DNA from: an uncultured Treponemataceae bacterium
GTDB taxonomy: Bacteria > Spirochaetota > Spirochaetia > Treponematales > UBA12059
Length of the DNA stretch: 46,652 nt
Reading direction: 5' to 3'
Assembly (NCBI GenBank): GCA_964571545.1
Contig: CAZNCK010000003.1
Location: 11,455 to 58,106, forward strand
Shown one piece after another: positions 1-8,218 of this stretch. Below the pieces are notes generated by a model. The model did no database searches, was not told the DNA's origin, and saw nothing but the letters and a program-made list of their open reading frames with translations. Both the position numbers and the translations under genes were made by a program. Each line of letters begins with the position of its first letter. Within the stretch, counting starts at the first letter, position 1.

Positions 1-566
1 CTAGCGCTGATCCGGCGACGCTCCAGGTCAAGGATCCCTTCCTAGCCGAGAAAGCCGATGGCTCTCTGTACCTGTTCTTCTGCCACCACTCGTTCAACTG
101 GTCGTCCAGCAATACGGGTTACATCGAAATAGGCGCTGACGGAAAACCCCTGGGCAAACCGGTGTTCGACTGCTACCCGCGGGGGCCGGCCTGGGATGTC
201 GCGATAACGCGGGGCACCTGCATACTCCCGCTTCCGGAAGCTCTGGCGCCGGCGGGAACGGGGCTGGTGTTCTACGACGGCGGCGAATGCCTACGCAACC
301 TAGACGAACATGCCAGGGCCACGAAACGCCCCCGCGGCTATTCCTGCGAGGAACTGGGCGGACTCGGTTACTATTTCGATGAAGCCCCTACCCGCTTCAA
401 CCGGATTTCAGAATTATTCCCTGAATTTATCAGCCCCGACGGCACCGGCTGCCTGCGCTATGTAGACGTGCTCACGACGGTCGACGCCTACATCGCGACC
501 TGGCAACAATCAATGCCGGACGGTTCTCAGCCGCTGATGATAAACCGGGTAAAGCGCCTACAATAG
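1..566 (+). CDS. Hypothetical protein, C-terminal part (gene enters from the left window edge)
   Basis: Frame 3 is open from base 3 to the TAG at 564-566 (SADPATLQVKDPFLAEKADGSLYLFFCHH...). The listed GTG start at 162 is therefore internal. The VKDP...LYLFF pattern is reminiscent of beta-propeller glycosidases, but I cannot assign a family. Confidence 0.45.
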   Translation, partial: SADPATLQVKDPFLAEKADGSLYLFFCHHSFNWSSSNTGYIEIGADGKPLGKPVFDCYPRGPAWDVAITRGTCILPLPEALAPAGTGLVFYDGGECLRNLDEHARATKRPRGYSCEELGGLGYYFDEAPTRFNRISELFPEFISPDGTGCLRYVDVLTTVDAYIATWQQSMPDGSQPLMINRVKRLQ

Positions 567-577
567 ATCCTTAGCCG

Positions 578-618
578 ACATGCGCGTAGCGTCGATTCAC
601 AGCCGACGCCGCGTACAT
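578..618. terminator. Imperfect hairpin between convergent genes (possible bidirectional terminator)
   Basis: catgcgcgtagcgtcg (578-593) and cgacgccgcgtacatg (603-618) are partly complementary. The core is gcgtcg/cgacgc plus catg/catg ends, around a 9-nt loop. There is no clear U-tract. Confidence 0.25.
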
Positions 619-622
619 GCGC

Positions 623-3600
623 TTACCGCCCTAACGGAGGACTCCACGCGCGGAGGAATTCCCTAAGCGCACCGTGAGCAGCCTTGGGCCTTTGTTCGGC
701 CCTCAGGTCTTCCCAGCCTGACAGCGCTATGTGGAACGAACGCTCCGGAGTCGGCAGAAAGGCGGTAGGCGCGCCTGCGGGCGACACGGTGTATGCCCAG
801 ATACCGATATCGTCTATCACGGCCGTTTTGAGCGCATCGTGTTCCAGTACGGTTCGCGAGTCGCGGATAGGATCCAGTAATATGCGCCGCTCCGAAGGAT
901 CGGAGACGTTGATCCGGGACCAGGGCAGGCGAAACACTATTGAACCGTCAGACAGTGACTCGGCCAGGCCTCCAGGCCCCACAGGCAACACGCTGCCGTC
1001 CTCCCATGCCGACGAAAAGCTGCGCCCGTCCGCGGTGACCGACCGGGCGTTGACCAGATTCAGGATGCGGGTAAAGCCGCCGGCTTCAGAGTATCGGGGA
1101 AAGAGTCTGCCCCCGCCGCGGTTGTAGTCTGCCTGAACCAGGAGCGTAGCCTCGACCAACGCGCCTTCAGATAATTCAGCCTTTATCAGGAACTCGGAAC
1201 CCTGTGGCGCAAGCGGGCCGCCTGCCGAAAGCCTATATTCCCCGGTGCGACCAGGCACAAGATCGAGCCCTATTCTAAGCGTCGTACTGCCTGCAACCGG
1301 CACCCGCTCAGGTAAGTCAACCCGCAGGTATAGGAACGACGGGTCTCCCCAAGCCTCGAGCCCTTCATCGCCGCTAGCCGAAGAGACCGCCGTGGTCTGC
1401 CATGTCATGATGCCGTAGTTCTGCTCGGGGTCTATGGCGTTGTGCCATAGCGGGTTACGATCGAAGGGTATCATATAGGTTTCGGTTGTCCAGGTCTTCT
1501 TTGCCCATTCGTCGGCCCACTGGAACACCACGCCGCCCGAGGCTCCGCTTGAGGCCATGGCTTTGTACAGGCCGACGATGCCCGCCGCCTGTGCCCCCTC
1601 GCTGAGTCCGCCGTGGTCCAAGCCCTCAGGATGCTTGTGCGCGGTACCAAAACCGGTAGCCAGACCGAACTCGGCCACCACGAGAGGCACGCCGTCGAGC
1701 GCCTCAGTCAACGCTTTGACATAGGCCGCATACCGCAGGTAACCGCGTTCATCCACGGAGAGACTAGCGGCGGCGGCGCCTGGCGCCTCGTATTCTGCGG
1801 TTCTGAACATGAAGTCAGGATAGTTGGGATAGATATGGAAGGCCGCGAAGAATCCGGCCTCGTTACGAGCAGTCTTCTTGATGGCGGAAAAATCAACGGA
1901 CGCGCTGTCATGGTAAGGAGCCTCGGCTTCGCCCTCGGTTTCGCCCTCGGCCTTCCATTCGGCAGAATGGTACAAAGGATCAAGTGTAGGCCAGGAGACA
2001 AAGCCGACGGGCACCTGATCGCCGCCTATGTCGGCTATTCGTCCGGTGGCGCGCTCGGCCATGCTGGCAAGCACGCTCTCGACCGGATGCCCAGGCTCCG
2101 TGGTAAACCAGTCTCCCTTGAGTTGTTCTAACGGGCGCGCCGCCGCCGTGGCGATCGCCTCTTCCGGCAACAATTCGCGCCCTACCAGCACCGCGGCAAG
2201 CCACGGGCTCACGTCTGCCCTATACCGGCCCCAAGCACGGTAAGGGCGCTCGGTTATGTCGGCTCGGCCGTACAGCGCGTCTATCGTCAGGTCGGATTCA
2301 TTGAAATAGGCGGACAGATATTCCGTACCGCCGATGTCGCCGCCGGGAACTTCCTCCTCTGGCCAGATTTCCTGGATCAGGTACAGCGGCTGTTTTGAGA
2401 CCGCGTTCCAGGATGCGAAAGCCCGATAGAAGGCCGGGGGCAATAGTGTATAGACCCGTAACGAATCAAATCCGGCGGCGGACATTCCGTCGAACCAGGC
2501 CAGGTACGTGCCTTCGTCAGTAGGCGGTTCGCCGAACCAGTGGCCCGGCGTGGCAGGGCCCAGGTTGACGCCCTTGACGAACCAGGGACGCCAGGCGCCG
2601 TCAGGATCTCGCTTCTCAAGGTAGCTGTCCGCGGAGCGAAACGCTGATACTGCGCTCTCGGGCTTGGCTGCTCTGTCGGCCAGCACCGTCAGATTGAGCA
2701 CGCGCCAGACAGGCACGATTACCCTGGCTAACCTTGCATGAGCGTCGCTCGGTTCGTCCAGCGTTCGTAGCGCGTTCAGACGCGGCGTCGGATACAGGGT
2801 CGCGCCGGAACGCCCCGACGATGGTTCAAACGCGTCAAGAGCCAGAGCCCAGACCCTGCCCGCTCCGTAACGCCTTTCCGTCAACAACGGAAAGGTTTCG
2901 GGAATGCTATGGCGCTCCAGGAGCAAGCGTCCAGTCGCTTTCAGCCCGAACTGTCCGGTCAACAGAGTTGCGGCGCCGGCATTTCCTGGAACCGCCGCGG
3001 TGCCCGGACTTATGAGGAACCGCGAACCCACCAGAGAGCGAACCGGTATTCCGGCAAGCTCGCCCCGGACGGTCAAGAACCTATCTTCAAGTTCAATGCC
3101 GCGCCGCAACACTATCACGCTACGGTCAAAAGTAGACCGCAGGAGTACGCCCGGTCCTGCCAGATCCCAAGCGCGACGTTCCTGGGATTCCCAGACGGAC
3201 CTTATATCCGCAGACACGTCGGCACTCGACAAATCTTCTATATAAGCACCAACCCAGGCGGCAGGCGCAAGGCCAGTCCAGACGGCCAGCTCGTCAAGCA
3301 AGCGCCTATTTTCAGTACCGCTCAGAGATCGGAATCCGACAAGGACGGACAGGCCACTGATAGCCCTGTCGCGCAGCTCGTCCAGAGCCGGATCGAAGGG
3401 ACCGGCAGGCGCCTGGCCGCTGGCCAAGGTGCCGGCATAGCTCGCAACAAGCGGTTTGTCTATAACCAACAGGTCAGTACTGTTTTTGTCGCCCTCGCTA
3501 TATGAAGCAACACCGGCCTTGCGGGCGAGCATCGACAGGAATCTCGCATCCAGCGCAGGCGCATAGGCTTCGACCCTGAGACCAGGCAGTTCGCCGCGTA

Positions 3601-3679
3601 CTAGGACAGCGACGAACTGCGCGATGCCGATGGCGAGTGCGAGAAACAACATGACAAAGTATTTCAGGTACTTCTTCAT
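623..3679 (-). CDS. Large membrane-anchored protein with a glycoside-hydrolase-like (beta/alpha-barrel) central region; probable polysaccharide-processing partner of the upstream GT2 synthase
   Basis: 1018-aa ORF with an N-terminal hydrophobic anchor (MKKYLKYFVMLFLALAIGIAQFVAVLV). Central segments FVKGVNLGP, LRVYTLLPPAFY, VVAEFGLATGFG and FQWADEWAKKTW resemble barrel glycosidase strands. The ATG at 3679 overlaps the GT2 stop (ATGA, 3676-3679). Confidence 0.55.
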   Translation of the reverse strand: MKKYLKYFVMLFLALAIGIAQFVAVLVRGELPGLRVEAYAPALDARFLSMLARKAGVASYSEGDKNSTDLLVIDKPLVASYAGTLASGQAPAGPFDPALDELRDRAISGLSVLVGFRSLSGTENRRLLDELAVWTGLAPAAWVGAYIEDLSSADVSADIRSVWESQERRAWDLAGPGVLLRSTFDRSVIVLRRGIELEDRFLTVRGELAGIPVRSLVGSRFLISPGTAAVPGNAGAATLLTGQFGLKATGRLLLERHSIPETFPLLTERRYGAGRVWALALDAFEPSSGRSGATLYPTPRLNALRTLDEPSDAHARLARVIVPVWRVLNLTVLADRAAKPESAVSAFRSADSYLEKRDPDGAWRPWFVKGVNLGPATPGHWFGEPPTDEGTYLAWFDGMSAAGFDSLRVYTLLPPAFYRAFASWNAVSKQPLYLIQEIWPEEEVPGGDIGGTEYLSAYFNESDLTIDALYGRADITERPYRAWGRYRADVSPWLAAVLVGRELLPEEAIATAAARPLEQLKGDWFTTEPGHPVESVLASMAERATGRIADIGGDQVPVGFVSWPTLDPLYHSAEWKAEGETEGEAEAPYHDSASVDFSAIKKTARNEAGFFAAFHIYPNYPDFMFRTAEYEAPGAAAASLSVDERGYLRYAAYVKALTEALDGVPLVVAEFGLATGFGTAHKHPEGLDHGGLSEGAQAAGIVGLYKAMASSGASGGVVFQWADEWAKKTWTTETYMIPFDRNPLWHNAIDPEQNYGIMTWQTTAVSSASGDEGLEAWGDPSFLYLRVDLPERVPVAGSTTLRIGLDLVPGRTGEYRLSAGGPLAPQGSEFLIKAELSEGALVEATLLVQADYNRGGGRLFPRYSEAGGFTRILNLVNARSVTADGRSFSSAWEDGSVLPVGPGGLAESLSDGSIVFRLPWSRINVSDPSERRILLDPIRDSRTVLEHDALKTAVIDDIGIWAYTVSPAGAPTAFLPTPERSFHIALSGWEDLRAEQRPKAAHGALREFLRAWSPPLGR

Positions 3680-6531
3680 GCCGCGCCTCCCTTCCTCGCG
3701 AAGCCCTTGCGGGCGAACTTCTGCCAGCCCTTGGACCGGTAGAAAAACTGCGCGAAGGCCCAGACCCTGGACATGCTCATAATCTGCCTAAAGCCGAAAT
3801 TCTCCACGAAGGCAAGCAGGAGGAGGCCGAAGAAATCTTTGGGTTTGAAGTACAGCACCTGCCGTTCTGCGAGGAGTATCGAGCACAGTGAAATCATGAT
3901 GCCGAAGGCCACCGCTATCCCGAAGACGACGAGGCTGACTAATGGATCTATCAAGGCAAAGAAGAGTGATGCCGCGAGTACCAGGTAACCGGACAGCTCC
4001 AGCCATGGGCCAATAAGCTCGAACATGTAGAAATACGGAATGGAGAGCATGCCGCTCATGCCGTACCGGGGGCGAAAGGCCATCTTCCTGTGGTGAAGCA
4101 ATACCTCGATGAGGCCACGGTGCCAGCGATCCCGCTGGCGCATCAGGGTCTTGCCTTCTTCGGGCACCTCGGTCCAACAGTTGGCGTTGTAGCAGTAATC
4201 GACCATGCCGTCCCTGCCGCTCTCGCGTTCATGCCGCACCAACCTGACTACCAGTTCCATGTCCTCGCCTACGGTATCCTTGCGGTAGACGCCCCTGCCG
4301 GTCATGTAGCCGCCAACTTCCAGGAAACGGTCCTTGCGGAACATGCCAAAGGCGCCGGAGATGATGAGGAGTCCGTCGAGCAGCACCCAACCCAGGCGGC
4401 CCGACACGAACGAGCGCAGGTACTCCATGGTCTGGAAGGCCGCCAGCGGTTCGCCTGGCAGGCCGATGCGCTGCAGGTGCCCATGCTCCACCTCGCTGCC
4501 GTTGACTGGAAAGATGTTTCCGCCTATGGCTATGACGGCACGCCTGCTCGCAATTGTCTGCAGCATCGCCCTGAGCATCGATTGCGGGTCGAGCAGTGAA
4601 TCGGCATCGATGCTGCACAGGTACTCGCCCGTGGCGAAATTGGAGCCTGCGTTCAGCGCGTCCGCTTTGCCGCCGTTCGTCTTGTCCACCACGATAAGGT
4701 TGGAGATCGTCGTGGAGCGATAGACGGTTTTTACCGGCATGCACGGCAGGGTGCCTTCGATGCCAGGCGAAGCAGGAACCAGATTAAAGCCCGCAATTAG
4801 TTGCCCTATCGTATCGTCCTTTGAACCATCGTTGACCACGACCATCTGATAGTGAGGATACGCGAGCGCGAGCAGGCTCTCTACCGAATCGACTATGGTG
4901 CTCTCTTCGTTATACGCCGGCGCTATGACGGTGATGGGAGGCAATAGGCCACTGGAAAACAGAAAGTGCTTAAAGCCAGTCTCCCACAGTACTGACTGCG
5001 CCTGAAGCTTGATGGCGGACAGTACAAGCAGGGCCAGGTAGAACGCGTTGACCGCAAGGGTGTACCAGGCGAAAAGGAAATGGAACTCGAATATGAAGCG
5101 GTATAATAATTCTGAACCTGTCATGAAGGTCAGGGCTTGTCCCCAGCGTAGCACGAATACGGCGGGAAAAACCGCAAGTGCCAGGATGACCAGGAATCCT
5201 ATGAACACCTTGTCCATGCGCTTGACCGGAATCCGGGGACGATCCTCTTCGGGTGGCGGAGGCGGCAAATCCAGCTTTGCGCGCAGTTCGGGACCAGCGT
5301 TCCTTGAGAAGAAGTCGCGCTGCCTCGTCTGGACAGGCAGTTCCTCCGCTAGCCGCCGCGACATTTCGTCGCGTACCTCTTCAGGCAAAGGAGACTCAAG
5401 CGTAGACAGGATGGAGCCGCTCCGGTCGAGCGCCAGCAGGCAGGAGATCATACGCTTGAATCCAGCGCGCAGAGGCGTACCCGCGTGATAGGCTATGAAG
5501 TGCATGCGGTATTCAAGTGCCAGACTGATGCCCGCGGCCCGCTCAGCCGAACCGGTTTCGATGGCGTTCATCAGCGAAGCCGCGCCTTCTGGGTTGCGGC
5601 GGTCAATTTCGCGTACTGCCGCGACACCGGCATCGAGAAGAGACGGATCCTCAAACCATGGATCTAGTCGACCGACGTCCTCCGGCGCTAGCTGGCCGCC
5701 GAGGAGTCTGGCAGTCGGCAGCATGAAACGCCGCTCCCGCCGCGCCTTGAAGGCCCCCAGGAACCAGGAAGGCGGAAAGGCCGAAGCCTCGGCTGCCAAT
5801 GCACCCAGCTCATCATCGCGCGTTTCGGCTATCAGCGCAGCCTTGTCCCAGCCGTCCTGTGTCGGGCGCGCCTTGAGGCCCATGAGAAATAAGCGCAGCC
5901 CCGCATCGCCATGAGCGTGCCCGCTGCTTTCATTGTAAGAGGCAAAACGAGAAGCGAGCGGGGTCAGGGTGGAATACCCACGCTCATCGAGCGGAGGATC
6001 TAGCTGGCATAGCTTGTTTGCCAGTTCACCGATATCGAAGCCCGCGCTGATAAGAGCCAGTTGCCTTATCAACACCAAGCGCCCGAAATAGTCGCGTTCA
6101 AACGCAAGATTGTCCAGCAAGGCCCGGGAATCGTCCTCGTAGGAGCCCATCCCCAGGATCAGGTAAGCCCTCAGCCTCCGGTACCTGAACAGCGAGCGGC
6201 AATCCTTCTTGGCCATCGCGAACACGCCGCCCGCCTCGAACGCTTCCCTGACGAGCATCAGCGACGAGCCGCCGTCGGAGCAAGCCTCCAGGGCCAGCCG
6301 GGCAGACACCGCAAAATCAGCGGGATGCCGTCTGGCCAGCGCCTTCAGGGCCTCGCCATCCCTGCTCATCAAGGCTTGCCTGAGCGCTTTATTCCTCGCT
6401 GTCCTCTGAACAAAGGCTTTGCGCCGCCCATGCTTCACGAGCATGACGCCCAAGACCACCAGCGCATCCAGAGCCAGAAGCGCCGCCAGTGAGCGGATCA
6501 ACAGCAACAGACTAGTCGACATCGACGCCAT
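3676..6531 (-). CDS. Family 2 glycosyltransferase, processive membrane-embedded polysaccharide synthase (BcsA/PgaC/NodC-like core) with a long N-terminal extension
   Basis: 951-aa ORF. GT-A motifs are VIAPAYNEE, VVVNDGSKDDT, IDADSLLD and the processive-synthase motif QRDRWHRG (QxxRW). Transmembrane helices lie before and after the catalytic domain. About 450 N-terminal residues follow one TM helix and have no motif I recognise. Confidence 0.85.
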   Translation of the reverse strand: MASMSTSLLLLIRSLAALLALDALVVLGVMLVKHGRRKAFVQRTARNKALRQALMSRDGEALKALARRHPADFAVSARLALEACSDGGSSLMLVREAFEAGGVFAMAKKDCRSLFRYRRLRAYLILGMGSYEDDSRALLDNLAFERDYFGRLVLIRQLALISAGFDIGELANKLCQLDPPLDERGYSTLTPLASRFASYNESSGHAHGDAGLRLFLMGLKARPTQDGWDKAALIAETRDDELGALAAEASAFPPSWFLGAFKARRERRFMLPTARLLGGQLAPEDVGRLDPWFEDPSLLDAGVAAVREIDRRNPEGAASLMNAIETGSAERAAGISLALEYRMHFIAYHAGTPLRAGFKRMISCLLALDRSGSILSTLESPLPEEVRDEMSRRLAEELPVQTRQRDFFSRNAGPELRAKLDLPPPPPEEDRPRIPVKRMDKVFIGFLVILALAVFPAVFVLRWGQALTFMTGSELLYRFIFEFHFLFAWYTLAVNAFYLALLVLSAIKLQAQSVLWETGFKHFLFSSGLLPPITVIAPAYNEESTIVDSVESLLALAYPHYQMVVVNDGSKDDTIGQLIAGFNLVPASPGIEGTLPCMPVKTVYRSTTISNLIVVDKTNGGKADALNAGSNFATGEYLCSIDADSLLDPQSMLRAMLQTIASRRAVIAIGGNIFPVNGSEVEHGHLQRIGLPGEPLAAFQTMEYLRSFVSGRLGWVLLDGLLIISGAFGMFRKDRFLEVGGYMTGRGVYRKDTVGEDMELVVRLVRHERESGRDGMVDYCYNANCWTEVPEEGKTLMRQRDRWHRGLIEVLLHHRKMAFRPRYGMSGMLSIPYFYMFELIGPWLELSGYLVLAASLFFALIDPLVSLVVFGIAVAFGIMISLCSILLAERQVLYFKPKDFFGLLLLAFVENFGFRQIMSMSRVWAFAQFFYRSKGWQKFARKGFARKGGAA

Positions 6532-8218
6532 GCCCTACCAGGTAACGGATGACGCCGAGCAACTCGACAAGAGGAACCGGCTTTTCAAATATATGGAATA
6601 TTTTTAGCGTATGCGCCCGCTCCACCAACTCATCGGTTTTTGACTCGACAATGAGCACGAACGGAACGCGGTTCAGGTCCGCTGAGGCCAACATGCGGGC
6701 CCGAATCTGGAACGCGTCGAACTGCGGCAGGTAGACGTCGGCTATGACGACTTCAGGCTTGTACTGTTCCATCAACTCGAGGGCCTCGCCTCCCCGGGCA
6801 GTCCCGATGGCGGAGAATTCCCTGCGATTGAGGAATTCGACTATGTAATCGGTGCTGATGGCATCGCCGTCCATCACCAGGGCCATGGTCGTTTCGCGAA
6901 GGTCAGCATCGCGCAGGTCGGCGCCGCTCTGATCCAGCACCTCGTTGCCACCCCGCCGCTCCAGCAGCTTGAGCCTAGCCCTTGAAAAAGACTGCAGGCT
7001 AGCCATGCGCTGTTCGGAATCCTCGCCATGTAGCTCGTCACTACCTACAATCGCTATAGAAACGGTCACTGGTCTCGAAAATCGGCGTTCAGCCTCAAGC
7101 GCCGTGCGTATGCCTTCGGTAAGCGCGAAGGATTCTTCCCGGCCGCTCTCCAGCACAAGCAAAAAAACCGGCCCCGACCAACGGAACAGGAAGCCGCCAA
7201 AAGAATGCTCCAGAAGGAACCCCGCGACATCGGCGACCATGCGGTCTCCGCTGGCAAATCCAGCTTCGCGGTTGAGCTCCTTGAGCCTGTCCACCATGAT
7301 GAACACGCCGCAGAAGCGGCTACCCTGCTTCATAAGCGAGCGGAGGAATTCATCCGCGTACGAGCGGCCATACAGCCCGCTGATCCCGTCGCGAAGGGCA
7401 GCGTCGCTGGCAACCACCATTGAAGAACGTAGATCGATATTGTCCGATCGGAGTTTGTCGATTTCATCGAGTAGCGAAACGACATCGCCGGATGATTCCG
7501 CGCTGTTTGCGCCAGCGGCTGCTCCGGGTGTCCAGACGCTCGAGCCGACTATAGAATCCACCCTCATGCACGAACCCGATCTCGGGCATATAAGGACAGC
7601 CGCCTTGTCAAACCCCGCCATGACCTCGTCGAGGAGTGGTCCCGGCCGACCAAACGCCTGTATGAAGGAGCTGTTGGATCGCCCCGGAGCCTCCGCTACG
7701 ATAGGCAAGTCGCGGCCCATGGAGGACCCTATGGTTCCGGTGAACAGGCAACCCGTTCGGCAATGGTAGGCAAAAAGGTAGCCCGGATATCCGGAAAAGA
7801 TGCGGAACTCCAAGACAGAAGGCCCCTCGCAGGAGATGGCGTCGCGCTCCTGATGGACGTACCGGTAGGGTCCGGTCACACCAGCGGCGGCTATGCCCAG
7901 GGCGGACCTCCAATCGGCCACGATCTGACCAGAAAAGCCGCCGATCCGCCAGGCCGCTAGACCCGAAGCCGCAAAAGGAGTGTCGTCAAGAACGACGATG
8001 CGCTCGATGTTTCGTAGCGGGGTTATAGACGACACCGCGGCCAACAGGGCATCGACCTGGTTCGCGGGACCGGCATCCACCGCGATGAACGATTCGCCTT
8101 CCTTGAGGAGATAACAATTGACGCTGAGCACACCGCCCCTGGCTAAGCTGGCCAGCCGCCAGACGCCGTCGGCAATTGCCTCGACGCTTATTTCTTCTGA
8201 CATAGTAATCTCCCGCAC
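6512..8218 (-). CDS. Signal-transduction protein: degenerate metallo-beta-lactamase-like domain + degenerate GGDEF domain + C-terminal receiver (REC) domain
   Basis: The N-terminus has an MBL/flavodiiron-like fold (SVNCYLLKEGESFIAVDAG...VVLDDTPFAASG), where the HxHxDH site reads LDDTPF. The middle has GGDEF-fold landmarks (ISGLYGRSY..., VDRLKELNREAGFASGDRMV), but the GGDEF signature reads SGPVF. The C-terminus is REC (VVIADVYLPQFDAF...PFVLIV). It overlaps both neighbouring genes. Confidence 0.75.
   Translation of the reverse strand: MREITMSEEISVEAIADGVWRLASLARGGVLSVNCYLLKEGESFIAVDAGPANQVDALLAAVSSITPLRNIERIVVLDDTPFAASGLAAWRIGGFSGQIVADWRSALGIAAAGVTGPYRYVHQERDAISCEGPSVLEFRIFSGYPGYLFAYHCRTGCLFTGTIGSSMGRDLPIVAEAPGRSNSSFIQAFGRPGPLLDEVMAGFDKAAVLICPRSGSCMRVDSIVGSSVWTPGAAAGANSAESSGDVVSLLDEIDKLRSDNIDLRSSMVVASDAALRDGISGLYGRSYADEFLRSLMKQGSRFCGVFIMVDRLKELNREAGFASGDRMVADVAGFLLEHSFGGFLFRWSGPVFLLVLESGREESFALTEGIRTALEAERRFSRPVTVSIAIVGSDELHGEDSEQRMASLQSFSRARLKLLERRGGNEVLDQSGADLRDADLRETTMALVMDGDAISTDYIVEFLNRREFSAIGTARGGEALELMEQYKPEVVIADVYLPQFDAFQIRARMLASADLNRVPFVLIVESKTDELVERAHTLKIFHIFEKPVPLVELLGVIRYLVGHGVDVD

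Noticed and set aside
6945-7769. 274-aa plus-strand ORF, and similar Ser/Arg/Pro-rich plus-strand ORFs between 684 and 10120
   Set aside because: They are antisense to the G+C-rich EPS operon genes. Their composition is typical of the reverse frame of high-GC coding DNA.
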